From the IMG/VR virus record IMGVR_UViG_3300028388_004772, positions 77,248 to 141,247 of that record: a stretch of 64,000 nt of DNA. One strand, given 5' to 3'. A program made the translations under genes and the position numbers. Below, piece after piece: positions 49,384 through 58,596 of this stretch. The notes beneath the pieces were generated by a model, which was given only the letters and a program-made list of their open reading frames with translations, made no database searches and had not been told where the DNA came from. Position 1 is the stretch's first letter. Each line of letters starts with the position of its first letter. Origin of the DNA: a virus.

Positions 49384-49600
49384 TTTTTTGTAATTATTTT
49401 AAAATAAAAAATACTAGAGATATGAATCACTTAGACCAAGAACGTCATCTAAGTTGACAAGAGTTCGGTTACCATCGCTATCAACCACTTCAATAATCAG
49501 TGGTTCATCATCGATCATAATCTCACCTAAGAGTCTATGAAGATCTGCGGCCATTGCAGCTTCAGCAGCTTCCTCTTTTCTTTTTCGATATTTGTTGATA

Positions 49601-50278
49601 TCAAATATGTTCGACATAGTCTGAAATGCTAGGGAATATAGCAGCAATTGCGTGTGCACATTCTCTGGCAACCTCCATATGTTCTTTCTGCGTACCATTA
49701 GCAGAACGTAGTTCAATAAAATGGATCCACGAACGAAGTGTTCCATTCATATACATACGAGACTTTGTTAGTCCTTCTGGTAACAATGCTCGCGCTTGTT
49801 CTTTTGCAATACCAAGTTTAATCGCGTTACGATACTCTCTTTCAACCATCCACTCAACCCGAGATTGAATTCTATCCCACTCACGTTGAATCTCAATATC
49901 GTCTGTAACAATAGAGTTCTGACGATTTTTCTCATCTTGTAATCTTGCTTCTCTACGCTCAAACATCTCACCAAACTCTTGGTCTGGATTAGCGTACCGC
50001 TGAGAAAACTCTTGAAAAGAAAACGAACGATGACGTAAAATCTGACGTGCGATGTCTCGTGTAGTCTCAATCTCTAAACAAGCACTGACCATCTCGAACG
50101 GGGACCAGTGCTTATGTCGTGATAGATATCCAAGGAGTTTCTCGTTCGTCTCTTTGTTAAGTTGGTTGGATGGGTTGGAGACACGGGCGCAGAAGGCGAT
50201 GAGATCTTGTATCGATGAATCGGCTTGTTCTGCGAGTTGTGTATTTGGTTGAGAGTATGATATAAGCTTAACATTCAT
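49601..50278 (-). CDS. thyX: Flavin-dependent thymidylate synthase
   Basis: ARVS, HWSPFE, QILRHRSFSFQEFSQRY, KEQARA.LP, LRSW.HF. Confidence 0.95.
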   Translation of the reverse strand: MNVKLISYSQPNTQLAEQADSSIQDLIAFCARVSNPSNQLNKETNEKLLGYLSRHKHWSPFEMVSACLEIETTRDIARQILRHRSFSFQEFSQRYANPDQEFGEMFERREARLQDEKNRQNSIVTDDIEIQREWDRIQSRVEWMVEREYRNAIKLGIAKEQARALLPEGLTKSRMYMNGTLRSWIHFIELRSANGTQKEHMEVARECAHAIAAIFPSISDYVEHI

Positions 50279-50529
50279 AGCTCCAGATTGCTCCATTCTT
50301 TAAGCTTTATTCGCTTTGCTTTACATCCATCCATTAATTCAGTGTACGTCAGTAATTTCTTTTCAATACAAATTTCAATCATACAATACAGATCTCCGAG
50401 TTCTTTCTTCAACATTTCTGTTGATTGATCACTTGGAAACCTTAACATCTTGGAACAGGCCTGAACCACTTCTCCACATTCTTCCGATGTAATTGTCATC
50501 AACTCTTCTCGTTCTGTCATAGTTTCCAT
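50275..50529 (-). CDS. MazG-like NTP pyrophosphatase
   Basis: EECGEVVQA.SK..RF...ELGDL. Confidence 0.7.
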   Translation of the reverse strand: METMTEREELMTITSEECGEVVQACSKMLRFPSDQSTEMLKKELGDLYCMIEICIEKKLLTYTELMDGCKAKRIKLKEWSNLEL

Positions 50530-51896
50530 CCATTAGTATCAGGTTTTTCATTATTACCAAAAGTGTTTAGTGGCTTGTCTGGTATTGGATCGTCGTTCAC
50601 TAGATCCTGTTCATCCACATCGTACAGCCTCATCTTAGATCGATCAATCCCAATCAAGAATCGCTTAGCCATTGTCGGGTCATTGTATCTATTCTTCAGC
50701 TGCTTGACCATCAACTGTCCAGCCTGCTCAAGTTCTTCTGTAGATATAAGTGCAAACATGAGGTCGGCAGTTGCAGGGAGACCAAACGATTCTGAGGTGT
50801 CCTCAAGTCCAACATCAGAGTTGGAATAACCGGACCTGGTTGTCTGGGTTGCAGATACAATAGGTACGTCGAATTCCACAGCAAGTCCTCTGAGTTCTTC
50901 AGCAATCGCTTTGATATAATTGTAACTATTGATTGCACCACCCATTCCTTTCATACGAGAACTAGAACAAATATTCAAGTAATCAATAAAAATAATATCA
51001 GGTACGAATTGTTTCTTTAGCTTCAATTCATTCAATAACCCACGGAAATGACCTGCATGAGCCTGACCAGTCGGATACTCTTTAATGATCAACTTACCAT
51101 TCGTCTTACGACTGATATCAGCGACCTTGGTTGTAAACATATCCTTCGATAACTTATCTAACTGATCAATAGGTACGTTCAATAAGTTAGCATCAATACG
51201 TTCTGCGATACGCTCTTCGGCCATCTCCATTGTTATATAGAGAACATTTTGCTGTTGTGTCAGGGCTGCAGCAGCAACATGACACATAAACAGAGATTTA
51301 CCAACCCCTGTCCCAGCAAGAGCAATATTAAGAGTTTTATTCGGAAGGCCGCCTTTTGTGATTTTGTTGAAGTATTCGAGATCGAATGGCAATCTCGATT
51401 CTTCCGTGTGATAGAAGTCAAACCGTTGTTCCACATTTTCAATATAATCGTGTCCGACATTTGTATCGAACGCCACACCTAAAGCCTTACTTAATAAGTC
51501 AGGTAATGCACCTTTTGTTAATGATTCATGTTTACCATCAATAATAGAGATCGATTCCATGATAGCATTATAGATTGCTCTATCCTGACACCATTTCTCA
51601 GTTGTATTGATTAACCATTCTTCGTCCACCTTTTCTGTAGAGAACAAATGAGGTAGAATCTCGGATGACATTCTATACTGCTCATCTGTTAGTCGGTCTG
51701 TCTGATCAATCTCAATCTGAAACGATTCGGCGGTAGGAAGTTTGTTATACTTTGCCACAAACTTGCCAGCTTCCCTAAAAAGGATTCGATATATTCCTTC
51801 AAAGTAGTCTGGCTTAATAAAAGGCAAAACCTTTCTCATGAATTTCTCATCAGTCAAAAGGTTTCGTAGAATAGTCTGTTCTAGGTTTGCATTCAT
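50517..51896 (-). CDS. gp41: Replicative helicase, gp41-like
   Basis: AGTGVGKS, EMAEE.I..R.DAN, IKEYPT, IDYL, SATQ..R, SESFGL. Confidence 0.96.
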   Translation of the reverse strand: MNANLEQTILRNLLTDEKFMRKVLPFIKPDYFEGIYRILFREAGKFVAKYNKLPTAESFQIEIDQTDRLTDEQYRMSSEILPHLFSTEKVDEEWLINTTEKWCQDRAIYNAIMESISIIDGKHESLTKGALPDLLSKALGVAFDTNVGHDYIENVEQRFDFYHTEESRLPFDLEYFNKITKGGLPNKTLNIALAGTGVGKSLFMCHVAAAALTQQQNVLYITMEMAEERIAERIDANLLNVPIDQLDKLSKDMFTTKVADISRKTNGKLIIKEYPTGQAHAGHFRGLLNELKLKKQFVPDIIFIDYLNICSSSRMKGMGGAINSYNYIKAIAEELRGLAVEFDVPIVSATQTTRSGYSNSDVGLEDTSESFGLPATADLMFALISTEELEQAGQLMVKQLKNRYNDPTMAKRFLIGIDRSKMRLYDVDEQDLVNDDPIPDKPLNTFGNNEKPDTNGWKL

Positions 51897-52186
51897 ACTT
51901 GTTCTTTAAAGTCCACACTTCCATCCTCTACACCCTGCAAGAGCAATGCGTAAAGAATATTTGTCACATGCTGCAGAAAGTCTTGATTCTCCTTCTGCAG
52001 ATCAGGATCAGGTGAAGAGACAATCTCAAAATTGTATCTCAAACACCCTTCCTTACCATCTAATCTTATAGTGTCATATTGTACTACAGTTTCAACAAAA
52101 GGTCCAGAAAGGATTCTCACAGCCCATTGATCATCTTGTTCAGGAACAAGTTCATAATCCTCATTCTCCTTCAACGGTTCCGTCAT
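51893..52186 (-). CDS. Hypothetical protein at the gp40 position
   Basis: Lies between uvsX and gp41. Confidence 0.5.
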   Translation of the reverse strand: MTEPLKENEDYELVPEQDDQWAVRILSGPFVETVVQYDTIRLDGKEGCLRYNFEIVSSPDPDLQKENQDFLQHVTNILYALLLQGVEDGSVDFKEQV

Positions 52187-53204
52187 CGACAGCCTCCGTT
52201 AAGATTGAGAATCTTTGTTTGATGTATTCTTTGAAGTCTGTCTCTGCCAGTATTGGTTGCCAGAACTCAGCAGTGAGTGTATCCCGTTCTCTCGACTTTG
52301 GATCCATAAGCTCCCCAGTGCTCCGGTCGACACGACAATACCAACCGTTAGAAGGCTTACCAACGTAGCCCCCGTCCAAAGCAACATCAAGCAAACCGCT
52401 CCAATGCTGAACACCACCTTCCCAACTGACCGAGATAGGAATTCTTGACTTTTCTTTAACATACCGTGATTTCTCTACATTAATCACAAAGTGATAACCT
52501 TTGATCTCCGTTCCTTGCTTATCTTGTTGTCTACCAATAATCCAAATATTATCAGCTGAGTAGTAAACACCAGTACCACCAGAGACAATATCTTTCGGGA
52601 ACAGTCCTTGTTCCTTATACGTATGGTTGATAGCAACACATGGAATGTCTTTCATTGTCAAGTATGGTGTAGTCATTCGGAACAATGACTTCAACTGCTT
52701 GGCGCGAGACATATCTGCTACTGACTTCTCATTCATCGCATCTTCGAGTTCTTTCTTAGAAGCAATGTTACCAATAGAGTCAATAACAATAATTACCTTA
52801 TCACCCTTCTCAATATTCTCAAGCTGATTGATAAGATCAAACTTTAGCTCTTCGATATTCATTACAGGTGTATGTAGTACACGTTCTGTATTGATACCAA
52901 ACGTCTGAAAGTATTCTTGTGGTGAACCAAACTCACTATCATAAAACAATAAGACAGCATCGTCATACTTATCAAGATAGGCCGAAGCCATCATCAAAGC
53001 AAAAGAAGTCTTGAAGTGTTTAGATGGACCAGCAAGGACTGTTAACCCAGGTGTCAGACCTCCATCAACATCACCCGATAAGGCAACGTTGATCATTGGC
53101 ACTGAAGTAGGAATCATATCCTTACTGGTAAAGAATTTGGATTCGGAAAGAATCGAAGTCTCTTTGACTTTCGAGTTCTTCTTTAGTTTGTCCATTATCG
53201 ACAT
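52161..53204 (-). CDS. uvsX: RecA-like recombinase
   Basis: AGPSKHFKT, YDSEFG, IDSIGN.ASKKE, DMSRAK, SGGTG. Confidence 0.95.
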   Translation of the reverse strand: MSIMDKLKKNSKVKETSILSESKFFTSKDMIPTSVPMINVALSGDVDGGLTPGLTVLAGPSKHFKTSFALMMASAYLDKYDDAVLLFYDSEFGSPQEYFQTFGINTERVLHTPVMNIEELKFDLINQLENIEKGDKVIIVIDSIGNIASKKELEDAMNEKSVADMSRAKQLKSLFRMTTPYLTMKDIPCVAINHTYKEQGLFPKDIVSGGTGVYYSADNIWIIGRQQDKQGTEIKGYHFVINVEKSRYVKEKSRIPISVSWEGGVQHWSGLLDVALDGGYVGKPSNGWYCRVDRSTGELMDPKSRERDTLTAEFWQPILAETDFKEYIKQRFSILTEAVDDGTVEGE

Positions 53205-53357
53205 TATTGAACCCTTTGAATTAATACTTGATCATCTTCGGTAATCTCACCACGCTCGATACGAGCATCGAGTACAGTCTTAGACCATACCTTGTAGTGT
53301 TTACCGTCTTTCTTTTTCACCCAATAACAAGTATTGGCTGTAAGAGGCTGGTTTCGT

Positions 53358-53855
53358 TTATCCATACTTTTTGTCATGCTCCTTGCCTTTACCATAATCA
53401 CCGTCATACTTATGTAAAGACTCTGCTGTAAATGAAAGATATTGACCGACTCGTGTTCCCTTCTGAATAGTAAAAGGACCGCATGCAACATGCATTACAC
53501 CAGCCATCACCCCCTTGTATCCACTATCGTACAAACCAGAGGTTAGGAACACCCCATTACGATTCAGTGTAGAACGTGTAATAACAAACCCAGCTTCACC
53601 CTCAGCTACGTCTACCTCATTCTCCATAACAATCTCATAGTGGCCTGGTTGTAGTGTCCAGTATCCATGCTCATTAGGCTTAATCTCAACAGAACCACGA
53701 TGACTCTTGATCTTTTCGTCAATGGTAAATTCAGTATTGTTAATACTAAACACCTTACCAATACGAAGGTCGACTGCATTCGGTTGAACGTCTCCCTCTT
53801 GAATACCAGTCAGGGATGAGCTATTATCCCGGCTGCCAATATTAAGCATCGTCAT
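53358..53855 (-). CDS. Trimeric dUTPase/dCTP-deaminase superfamily protein
   Basis: QPNAVDLR, RSTLNRNG, GLYDSGYKG, RVGQ, YDGDY. Confidence 0.8.
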   Translation of the reverse strand: MTMLNIGSRDNSSSLTGIQEGDVQPNAVDLRIGKVFSINNTEFTIDEKIKSHRGSVEIKPNEHGYWTLQPGHYEIVMENEVDVAEGEAGFVITRSTLNRNGVFLTSGLYDSGYKGVMAGVMHVACGPFTIQKGTRVGQYLSFTAESLHKYDGDYGKGKEHDKKYG

Positions 53856-54129
53856 TGTTCTTTTCCTCATTTTGTAATTCATTTAACAAAAAGATACTGT
53901 AATGAATAATCTTCATTACATCCTTAGGATTGTATCCTTCTTTCTTACCAAAGCGCTTTGCATACTTAATAATATTAGACATGCATGCTTCTTTCATAAT
54001 ACCCATATCATCCCAGTCATCGGTTACCTGATGACCAGACTTGCCACTGTAGTGTGCACTGTATGTCGAATCAACGTATTGCTGAATCGCTTTGATAATC
54101 TTATCTTCATTACGCTTGTATTCAATCAC
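53842..54129 (-). CDS. DUF3310 / T7 gp1.7-like nucleotide-kinase-related protein
   Basis: TY..HY...C..NIIKY..RFGKK.G...D..K..HY. Confidence 0.65.
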   Translation of the reverse strand: MIEYKRNEDKIIKAIQQYVDSTYSAHYSGKSGHQVTDDWDDMGIMKEACMSNIIKYAKRFGKKEGYNPKDVMKIIHYSIFLLNELQNEEKNNDDA

Positions 54130-54548
54130 TGATTAACCTCTTCCACTTCTAAAGGTCCATAGATCCATGTCTCGGTGTCATGATGATCCCAGCCTGCAGA
54201 CTCAAGTCCTGACCAGCCGTCTTCTTCCCACAGTTCGAGAACTTCGTCTATTATACTTGTTTGCTGTTCTTCTGTCAACCCCTTACCTGGAGACCATGCA
54301 TCGTCTACATCAAATGAAAAACTGTCAGAGGATTCCATATCTTCGATCTCAAACTCCTGGACACAGAATCCATTCTCATTAGTACCGTAGACTTCTTCAA
54401 AGGCAACGTCATCTTCTATATTCAGTGTATACGTAGCAAAACGCCAACCTGTTTCAAAGTTGACGTATACATTCTTTTCTTCATTATACCAAGTTTCTGT
54501 CTCTATGACATTCTTCTTGAGCTCATTCGTCACTCGAATCTGTTTCAT
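54126..54548 (-). CDS. Highly acidic hypothetical protein
   Basis: About a quarter Asp/Glu by manual count; coupled ORF. Confidence 0.7.
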   Translation of the reverse strand: MKQIRVTNELKKNVIETETWYNEEKNVYVNFETGWRFATYTLNIEDDVAFEEVYGTNENGFCVQEFEIEDMESSDSFSFDVDDAWSPGKGLTEEQQTSIIDEVLELWEEDGWSGLESAGWDHHDTETWIYGPLEVEEVNQ

Positions 54549-54795
54549 TCTCTTGCTCTCTTTCCCACATTAAATTCTCCACATGATTAATTACATTGGA
54601 GAATCCCATTTGAAGAGGATGGTATTCTTGGAGCTCTTCATCACGAAACACTTCCAGCTCAGCTAACTGCTCTTCTGTTAGTTCTTCAATTGATTCAATA
54701 CCATAGTATTCTGTGACGTATTCTTCTACAGACTCTGTCATATGGTTTTCAACCCAATCAAGAATCTTATGTGTTCTGTGCCATTCAAAAGCCAT
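54523..54795 (-). CDS. Acidic hypothetical protein
   Basis: Coupled ORF, Glu-rich. Confidence 0.65.
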   Translation of the reverse strand: MAFEWHRTHKILDWVENHMTESVEEYVTEYYGIESIEELTEEQLAELEVFRDEELQEYHPLQMGFSNVINHVENLMWEREQENETDSSDE

Positions 54796-55634
54796 TATCG
54801 ACCTCCTGCTAGTTCATCAATGTACCCGATATTATACATTACTGAGTTCAATTTGTCAATATCGATTGACGTATAATCAAACTCAACTTCTTTCTCAAAC
54901 TTACCGTCAACAAGACCTGTGGGTGAGTTATCAAAACGAATATTGTTCAGACCAGCCCACACAGCTGCAGACGAATCCCATGTAGCAATGTAACGATGCC
55001 ATGGTTCAAGTAGAGAGATTTCATTAGGACCATCAACCATTCCTAAGCAATGAAAGATATCCTCATAGTAGTGATGACTATTGAATTGACCTCGTTGAGT
55101 GAGAATCTCGAGGATACGATAGCGGGACATATAACGCTGAAGCTTATTATCCTTCTCTACACCAAATGCATTCGGACACCCGAGAATGGAAAGACCAATA
55201 CGATCCACATACTTACGACCCTCATCCAAAGCCCATTCCATACAATACAGATAATCTTCGAGATCACCTACTTCAGACTGAGGAACAAAGAATGTTTCAT
55301 ATCCAGCATCGTGATAGATGGGAGCAGTCTCACGAGCTGCGTCGATAGTCTTTGATGAGTGCTCGCCTGGATAGTCAGACATGACAATCATATCTGCCCC
55401 ACAGGCTTCTGCCATAGGAAGGAGATCATCAGTAGAGTACATTGGACGACCCTGCTTGTACATTTCGAAAGCAGAGTTATCCATAATCTTCTGCTTGCCA
55501 TCATCAAGGCTTCTATAGAATTCGCGATAGACAGGATCCTGCTCTACAAGATGAGCGAGGATGAGATGTGCACCATTGGTACGGGTGAAAGCACCGAGAA
55601 ACGAAGTCGGTGCAATATGACAAAAGTTTACCAT
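54795..55634 (-). CDS. dpdA: Divergent DpdA/TGT-like 7-deazaguanine transglycosylase-fold protein
   Basis: IMDNSAFE (TGT DSGGF-like), V..D, FFVPQ, IG.S, HCLG, WDSS..VW; lies in the Que cluster. Confidence 0.65.
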   Translation of the reverse strand: MVNFCHIAPTSFLGAFTRTNGAHLILAHLVEQDPVYREFYRSLDDGKQKIMDNSAFEMYKQGRPMYSTDDLLPMAEACGADMIVMSDYPGEHSSKTIDAARETAPIYHDAGYETFFVPQSEVGDLEDYLYCMEWALDEGRKYVDRIGLSILGCPNAFGVEKDNKLQRYMSRYRILEILTQRGQFNSHHYYEDIFHCLGMVDGPNEISLLEPWHRYIATWDSSAAVWAGLNNIRFDNSPTGLVDGKFEKEVEFDYTSIDIDKLNSVMYNIGYIDELAGGR

Positions 55635-55643
55635 AATATATCC

Positions 55644-55988
55644 TTATTCAAATGTTAGACGGCAACCGTTTTCACCATCCTCCGATACTTCAATAGCAAT
55701 CGTACGTCCGGGATACTTCGCCCGAATGTATACTGCCAACTCACGAGCCATCATCTCACAGCTCTTGTAATCAAGTTGCATTGTGCCACCATCATACAAA
55801 GCTTCCAGCTCACGTTTAAATAAAATAAACTCTACATCACGATCGTCATGCATCACCTCGAGCTCAACTCGGAAGTGAAAGATGTGACGATGAGGATGAC
55901 GTAGAAACTCTACCCCTTCTGGTGCATCTGGATACTTGTGAATACCTTCCTTCTGAAAGGTGACCCAGATAAAATCTTTACTCTGCAT
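55644..55988 (-). CDS. dpdL: T-fold QueD paralog, DpdL-like CDG decarboxylase
   Basis: EGIH.YP...FLRHPHRHIFHF (LxxxHRHxF), RDVEFI, SCEM.A, V.EDGENG. Confidence 0.7.
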   Translation of the reverse strand: MQSKDFIWVTFQKEGIHKYPDAPEGVEFLRHPHRHIFHFRVELEVMHDDRDVEFILFKRELEALYDGGTMQLDYKSCEMMARELAVYIRAKYPGRTIAIEVSEDGENGCRLTFE

Positions 55989-56331
55989 TATATCTTCCAT
56001 TATCAATTGATGACTTAACAGGGTCATAGTCTACATTATATTCAGGTTGAAGTAAACGAATAATTTGACCCTCAATCTCTTCAACTTCTTTTTGTGTTCT
56101 CAAAGCTGGTTTAACCAACCAAATGAACTCGCCAGTTTCATTACGACTATCTTCAACCAATTGTCCTCTAAAATTAGTCCAGCCACTGGATCCATATTTT
56201 TCTTTCCAGTTCCTATGATTCTCGGACAATGTGGTTAGTTTACACATTGAAGATCCGGAATAACGAACTATACTGTCGCGTACAAAACCATAGACACCAC
56301 GATATACTTTATCTGTTGGTTTAACAGCCAT
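55978..56331 (-). CDS. Small GIY-YIG-like nuclease (EndoII/DenA-like architecture)
   Basis: GVY...RYSGSS...HR...E..E...I..LQPEYN. Confidence 0.55.
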   Translation of the reverse strand: MAVKPTDKVYRGVYGFVRDSIVRYSGSSMCKLTTLSENHRNWKEKYGSSGWTNFRGQLVEDSRNETGEFIWLVKPALRTQKEVEEIEGQIIRLLQPEYNVDYDPVKSSIDNGRYNAE

Positions 56332-56535
56332 TACAATACCTTCTCATTCAAACACACATTACCAATTAATGCAAAAAGCTTTTCGCGAGCATGGCGCTCA
56401 AGATATTCTTTCTTTCCAATACCCATTTCAACAGTAGACTTGATAGACTGAAGCTTTGATCGATGTAGCTCTTGCTTACCAGCAGCATACTGGTCAATCA
56501 TATTCTCTACGAAAGTATACAACTCATCAAGTGTT

Positions 56536-57237
56536 TCAATCGAGTTCGCTTCCGTTATCAAGTGTTCCAGATTTTTCATAATATATTAACTCCCATTTAC
56601 CATCTGTATTTTCTACTAAAGCAGAACAATTGTCAACCCAATCACCACAATTCATATAATTTTCTTTTATCTTAGGAGAATGAGTATGTCCTGTGATTGC
56701 ACAGTCATATCCTTTTGCTTTAATGTATTTTTTAATTGTGTGTTCAGTGCCAAGAATATTGTACATGATATGTGAAAATGAATCTTGACCCTCTTTATGA
56801 GGAATGAAGTCCCATATCCTTGCTGCAAAATTAATTACAGGAGTAGGGATCTTCATTGTGAGATCAAAGTAGTCACCATGAGATACGTATATCCTGCGTC
56901 CATCGACGCCCACATAATCATACGAGTCGAGAATTTGACACCGACCAAATTGGAAATCATATTTGAAAAACGGTCTGATAAACTCATCATGATTACCAGC
57001 AATATAGTAAACATTGATTTCCTCCGACATTTTAAGAATGCGCCGAATCACTTCTGTTTGTTTTTTAGTCCAGTAGTGACGTCGACGCAAAGCCCATCCA
57101 TCAATAATATCCCCAACCAAGAACAAGTTTTCAGCATGAAATGAGTCCAGGAACTGATGCAGACGTTTTGCCTTACATGCTTTTGTTCCAAGATGCACAT
57201 CAGAGATGAATACTGATCTGTACTTGGGTTTATCCAT
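56536..57237 (-). CDS. Calcineurin-like metallophosphoesterase, LpxH2/PlcP-like
   Basis: YRSVFISDVHLGT..C.A..L..FL, LVGDIIDGW, GNHDE, HGD.FD, GHTH, YMNCGDWV. Confidence 0.8.
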   Translation of the reverse strand: MDKPKYRSVFISDVHLGTKACKAKRLHQFLDSFHAENLFLVGDIIDGWALRRRHYWTKKQTEVIRRILKMSEEINVYYIAGNHDEFIRPFFKYDFQFGRCQILDSYDYVGVDGRRIYVSHGDYFDLTMKIPTPVINFAARIWDFIPHKEGQDSFSHIMYNILGTEHTIKKYIKAKGYDCAITGHTHSPKIKENYMNCGDWVDNCSALVENTDGKWELIYYEKSGTLDNGSELD

Positions 57238-57238
57238 A

Positions 57239-57907
57239 CTAGCCTCGAATATTAGACATTACTTCTTTACGAAGTTCGCTATTGTGTACACCAAACTCTC
57301 CAAGACAACAAGCTGTTACTGTAGAAGATTGAGTGTCCTTGATACCACGTTGTGATACACAAGTATGTCCAGCTTCGATAACAACCATCACGTCCTGCGA
57401 TCCAGTGATGTACGCAATCGCATGAGCAATCTGCTGATTCAGACGTTCCTGTACTTGAGGACGCTGAGCAAAGTATTGAGTGATACGATTCAACTTGGAT
57501 AGGCCTAGGACCTTCTCTCCCGGGATGTAAGCGATGTGAGCTTGTCCAATGATAGGACGTAGATGATGTTCACAATCACTGTAGAGGGTAATGTTCTTTT
57601 CTAGTACAAACTCATCACCATGGCAGAACTTATTTTCTACTGTAGTACATTTAGGGAATGTATCGTAACGTAGACCAGAGAAGATCTCGTCAACGTACAT
57701 CTTAGCAACACGCATCGGTGTCTCTTCTAGTGAGTCATCTGTTAGATCAAGACCAAGTACTTCGAGCATCTCTTTAGTAAGGTCTGCTACTTTACGATGT
57801 TTCTCTTCACGATCTTCTTTAACGAGAGCTGTGATAGGAGTATTGATACCTAGAGTGTCTAGGTACTTATTGACCGCTCGGCCTAGTTCTGGATTGTTCT
57901 TTGCCAT
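57239..57907 (-). CDS. folE: GTP cyclohydrolase I
   Basis: ETP.RVAKM, CEHH, GLSKLNR, RPQVQERL, H.C...RG. Confidence 0.96.
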   Translation of the reverse strand: MAKNNPELGRAVNKYLDTLGINTPITALVKEDREEKHRKVADLTKEMLEVLGLDLTDDSLEETPMRVAKMYVDEIFSGLRYDTFPKCTTVENKFCHGDEFVLEKNITLYSDCEHHLRPIIGQAHIAYIPGEKVLGLSKLNRITQYFAQRPQVQERLNQQIAHAIAYITGSQDVMVVIEAGHTCVSQRGIKDTQSSTVTACCLGEFGVHNSELRKEVMSNIRG

Positions 57908-57911
57908 TTTT

Positions 57912-58001
57912 GATTCCTTCAGGTTGAACTTAACGTGAGTGGAAGGAAGGAGGACTCACTGCACCCGCCAGGGAAAAACGCATTGCACGTGCAACCCCTG
58001 G
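57912..58001 (-). promoter_or_regulatory. Structured folE 5' leader: SD-sequestering pseudoknot (riboswitch candidate)
   Basis: CCAGGG/CCCUGG stem; GUGAGU/ACUCAC stem whose loop CCUCCUUCCUUCC is complementary to the SD GAAGGAA. Confidence 0.55.
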
Positions 58002-58023
58002 AATACTTCGTTGCTTGAGACAA

Positions 58024-58596
58024 TTATTTATACTCTTTCAGCTTTTTAGCTGGACTCTGCCAATCCCATAAAGGCTTCTGAATTAAGTAATTGTCAATAC
58101 ATGCATTCTTCTTACCTTGCTTGAGAGCAACCCTTTCATCTATGGTAATGAAGGCAGAGTTCTTCTCATGCTCTCTACACTCAACGCGAGAGATGTAAGC
58201 TCGTCCATCAGTAATCAAATAGATGAATGGATTGACCTGTTCCCAGATAAAGATAGAGGACATCTCCATTGATACTCCATATGGGAGTACTCGAAGATCA
58301 ACTAGGCCTGATGCATATGCGTGAGTAATATCCTCCATACGAGGATCGTCTGCACCAGCAAGTGCTGTGTGATCAAAGTAATATTCAAGAAAACTTTTTA
58401 CTTTCTTTAGATCCCCAAACCCAACAATCCATCCATGCTCGTCAGCTTCACCAGCAAACTCAAAATGAACAGAACGATCATAACCATGCCACTTAGAGCA
58501 TGGACCTTCACATTCACGTCCAAGTTCATCTGTATCAAACCACTGCATATGAGCAACAGGTAAGTTGTAATAAGATTTAGTACTCTTCAAAATCAT
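58024..58596 (-). CDS. queD: 6-carboxytetrahydropterin synthase
   Basis: AH.Q...C.K.HGY...DE.GWIV.FG.LK...FDH...E...NSA. Confidence 0.85.
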   Translation of the reverse strand: MILKSTKSYYNLPVAHMQWFDTDELGRECEGPCSKWHGYDRSVHFEFAGEADEHGWIVGFGDLKKVKSFLEYYFDHTALAGADDPRMEDITHAYASGLVDLRVLPYGVSMEMSSIFIWEQVNPFIYLITDGRAYISRVECREHEKNSAFITIDERVALKQGKKNACIDNYLIQKPLWDWQSPAKKLKEYK

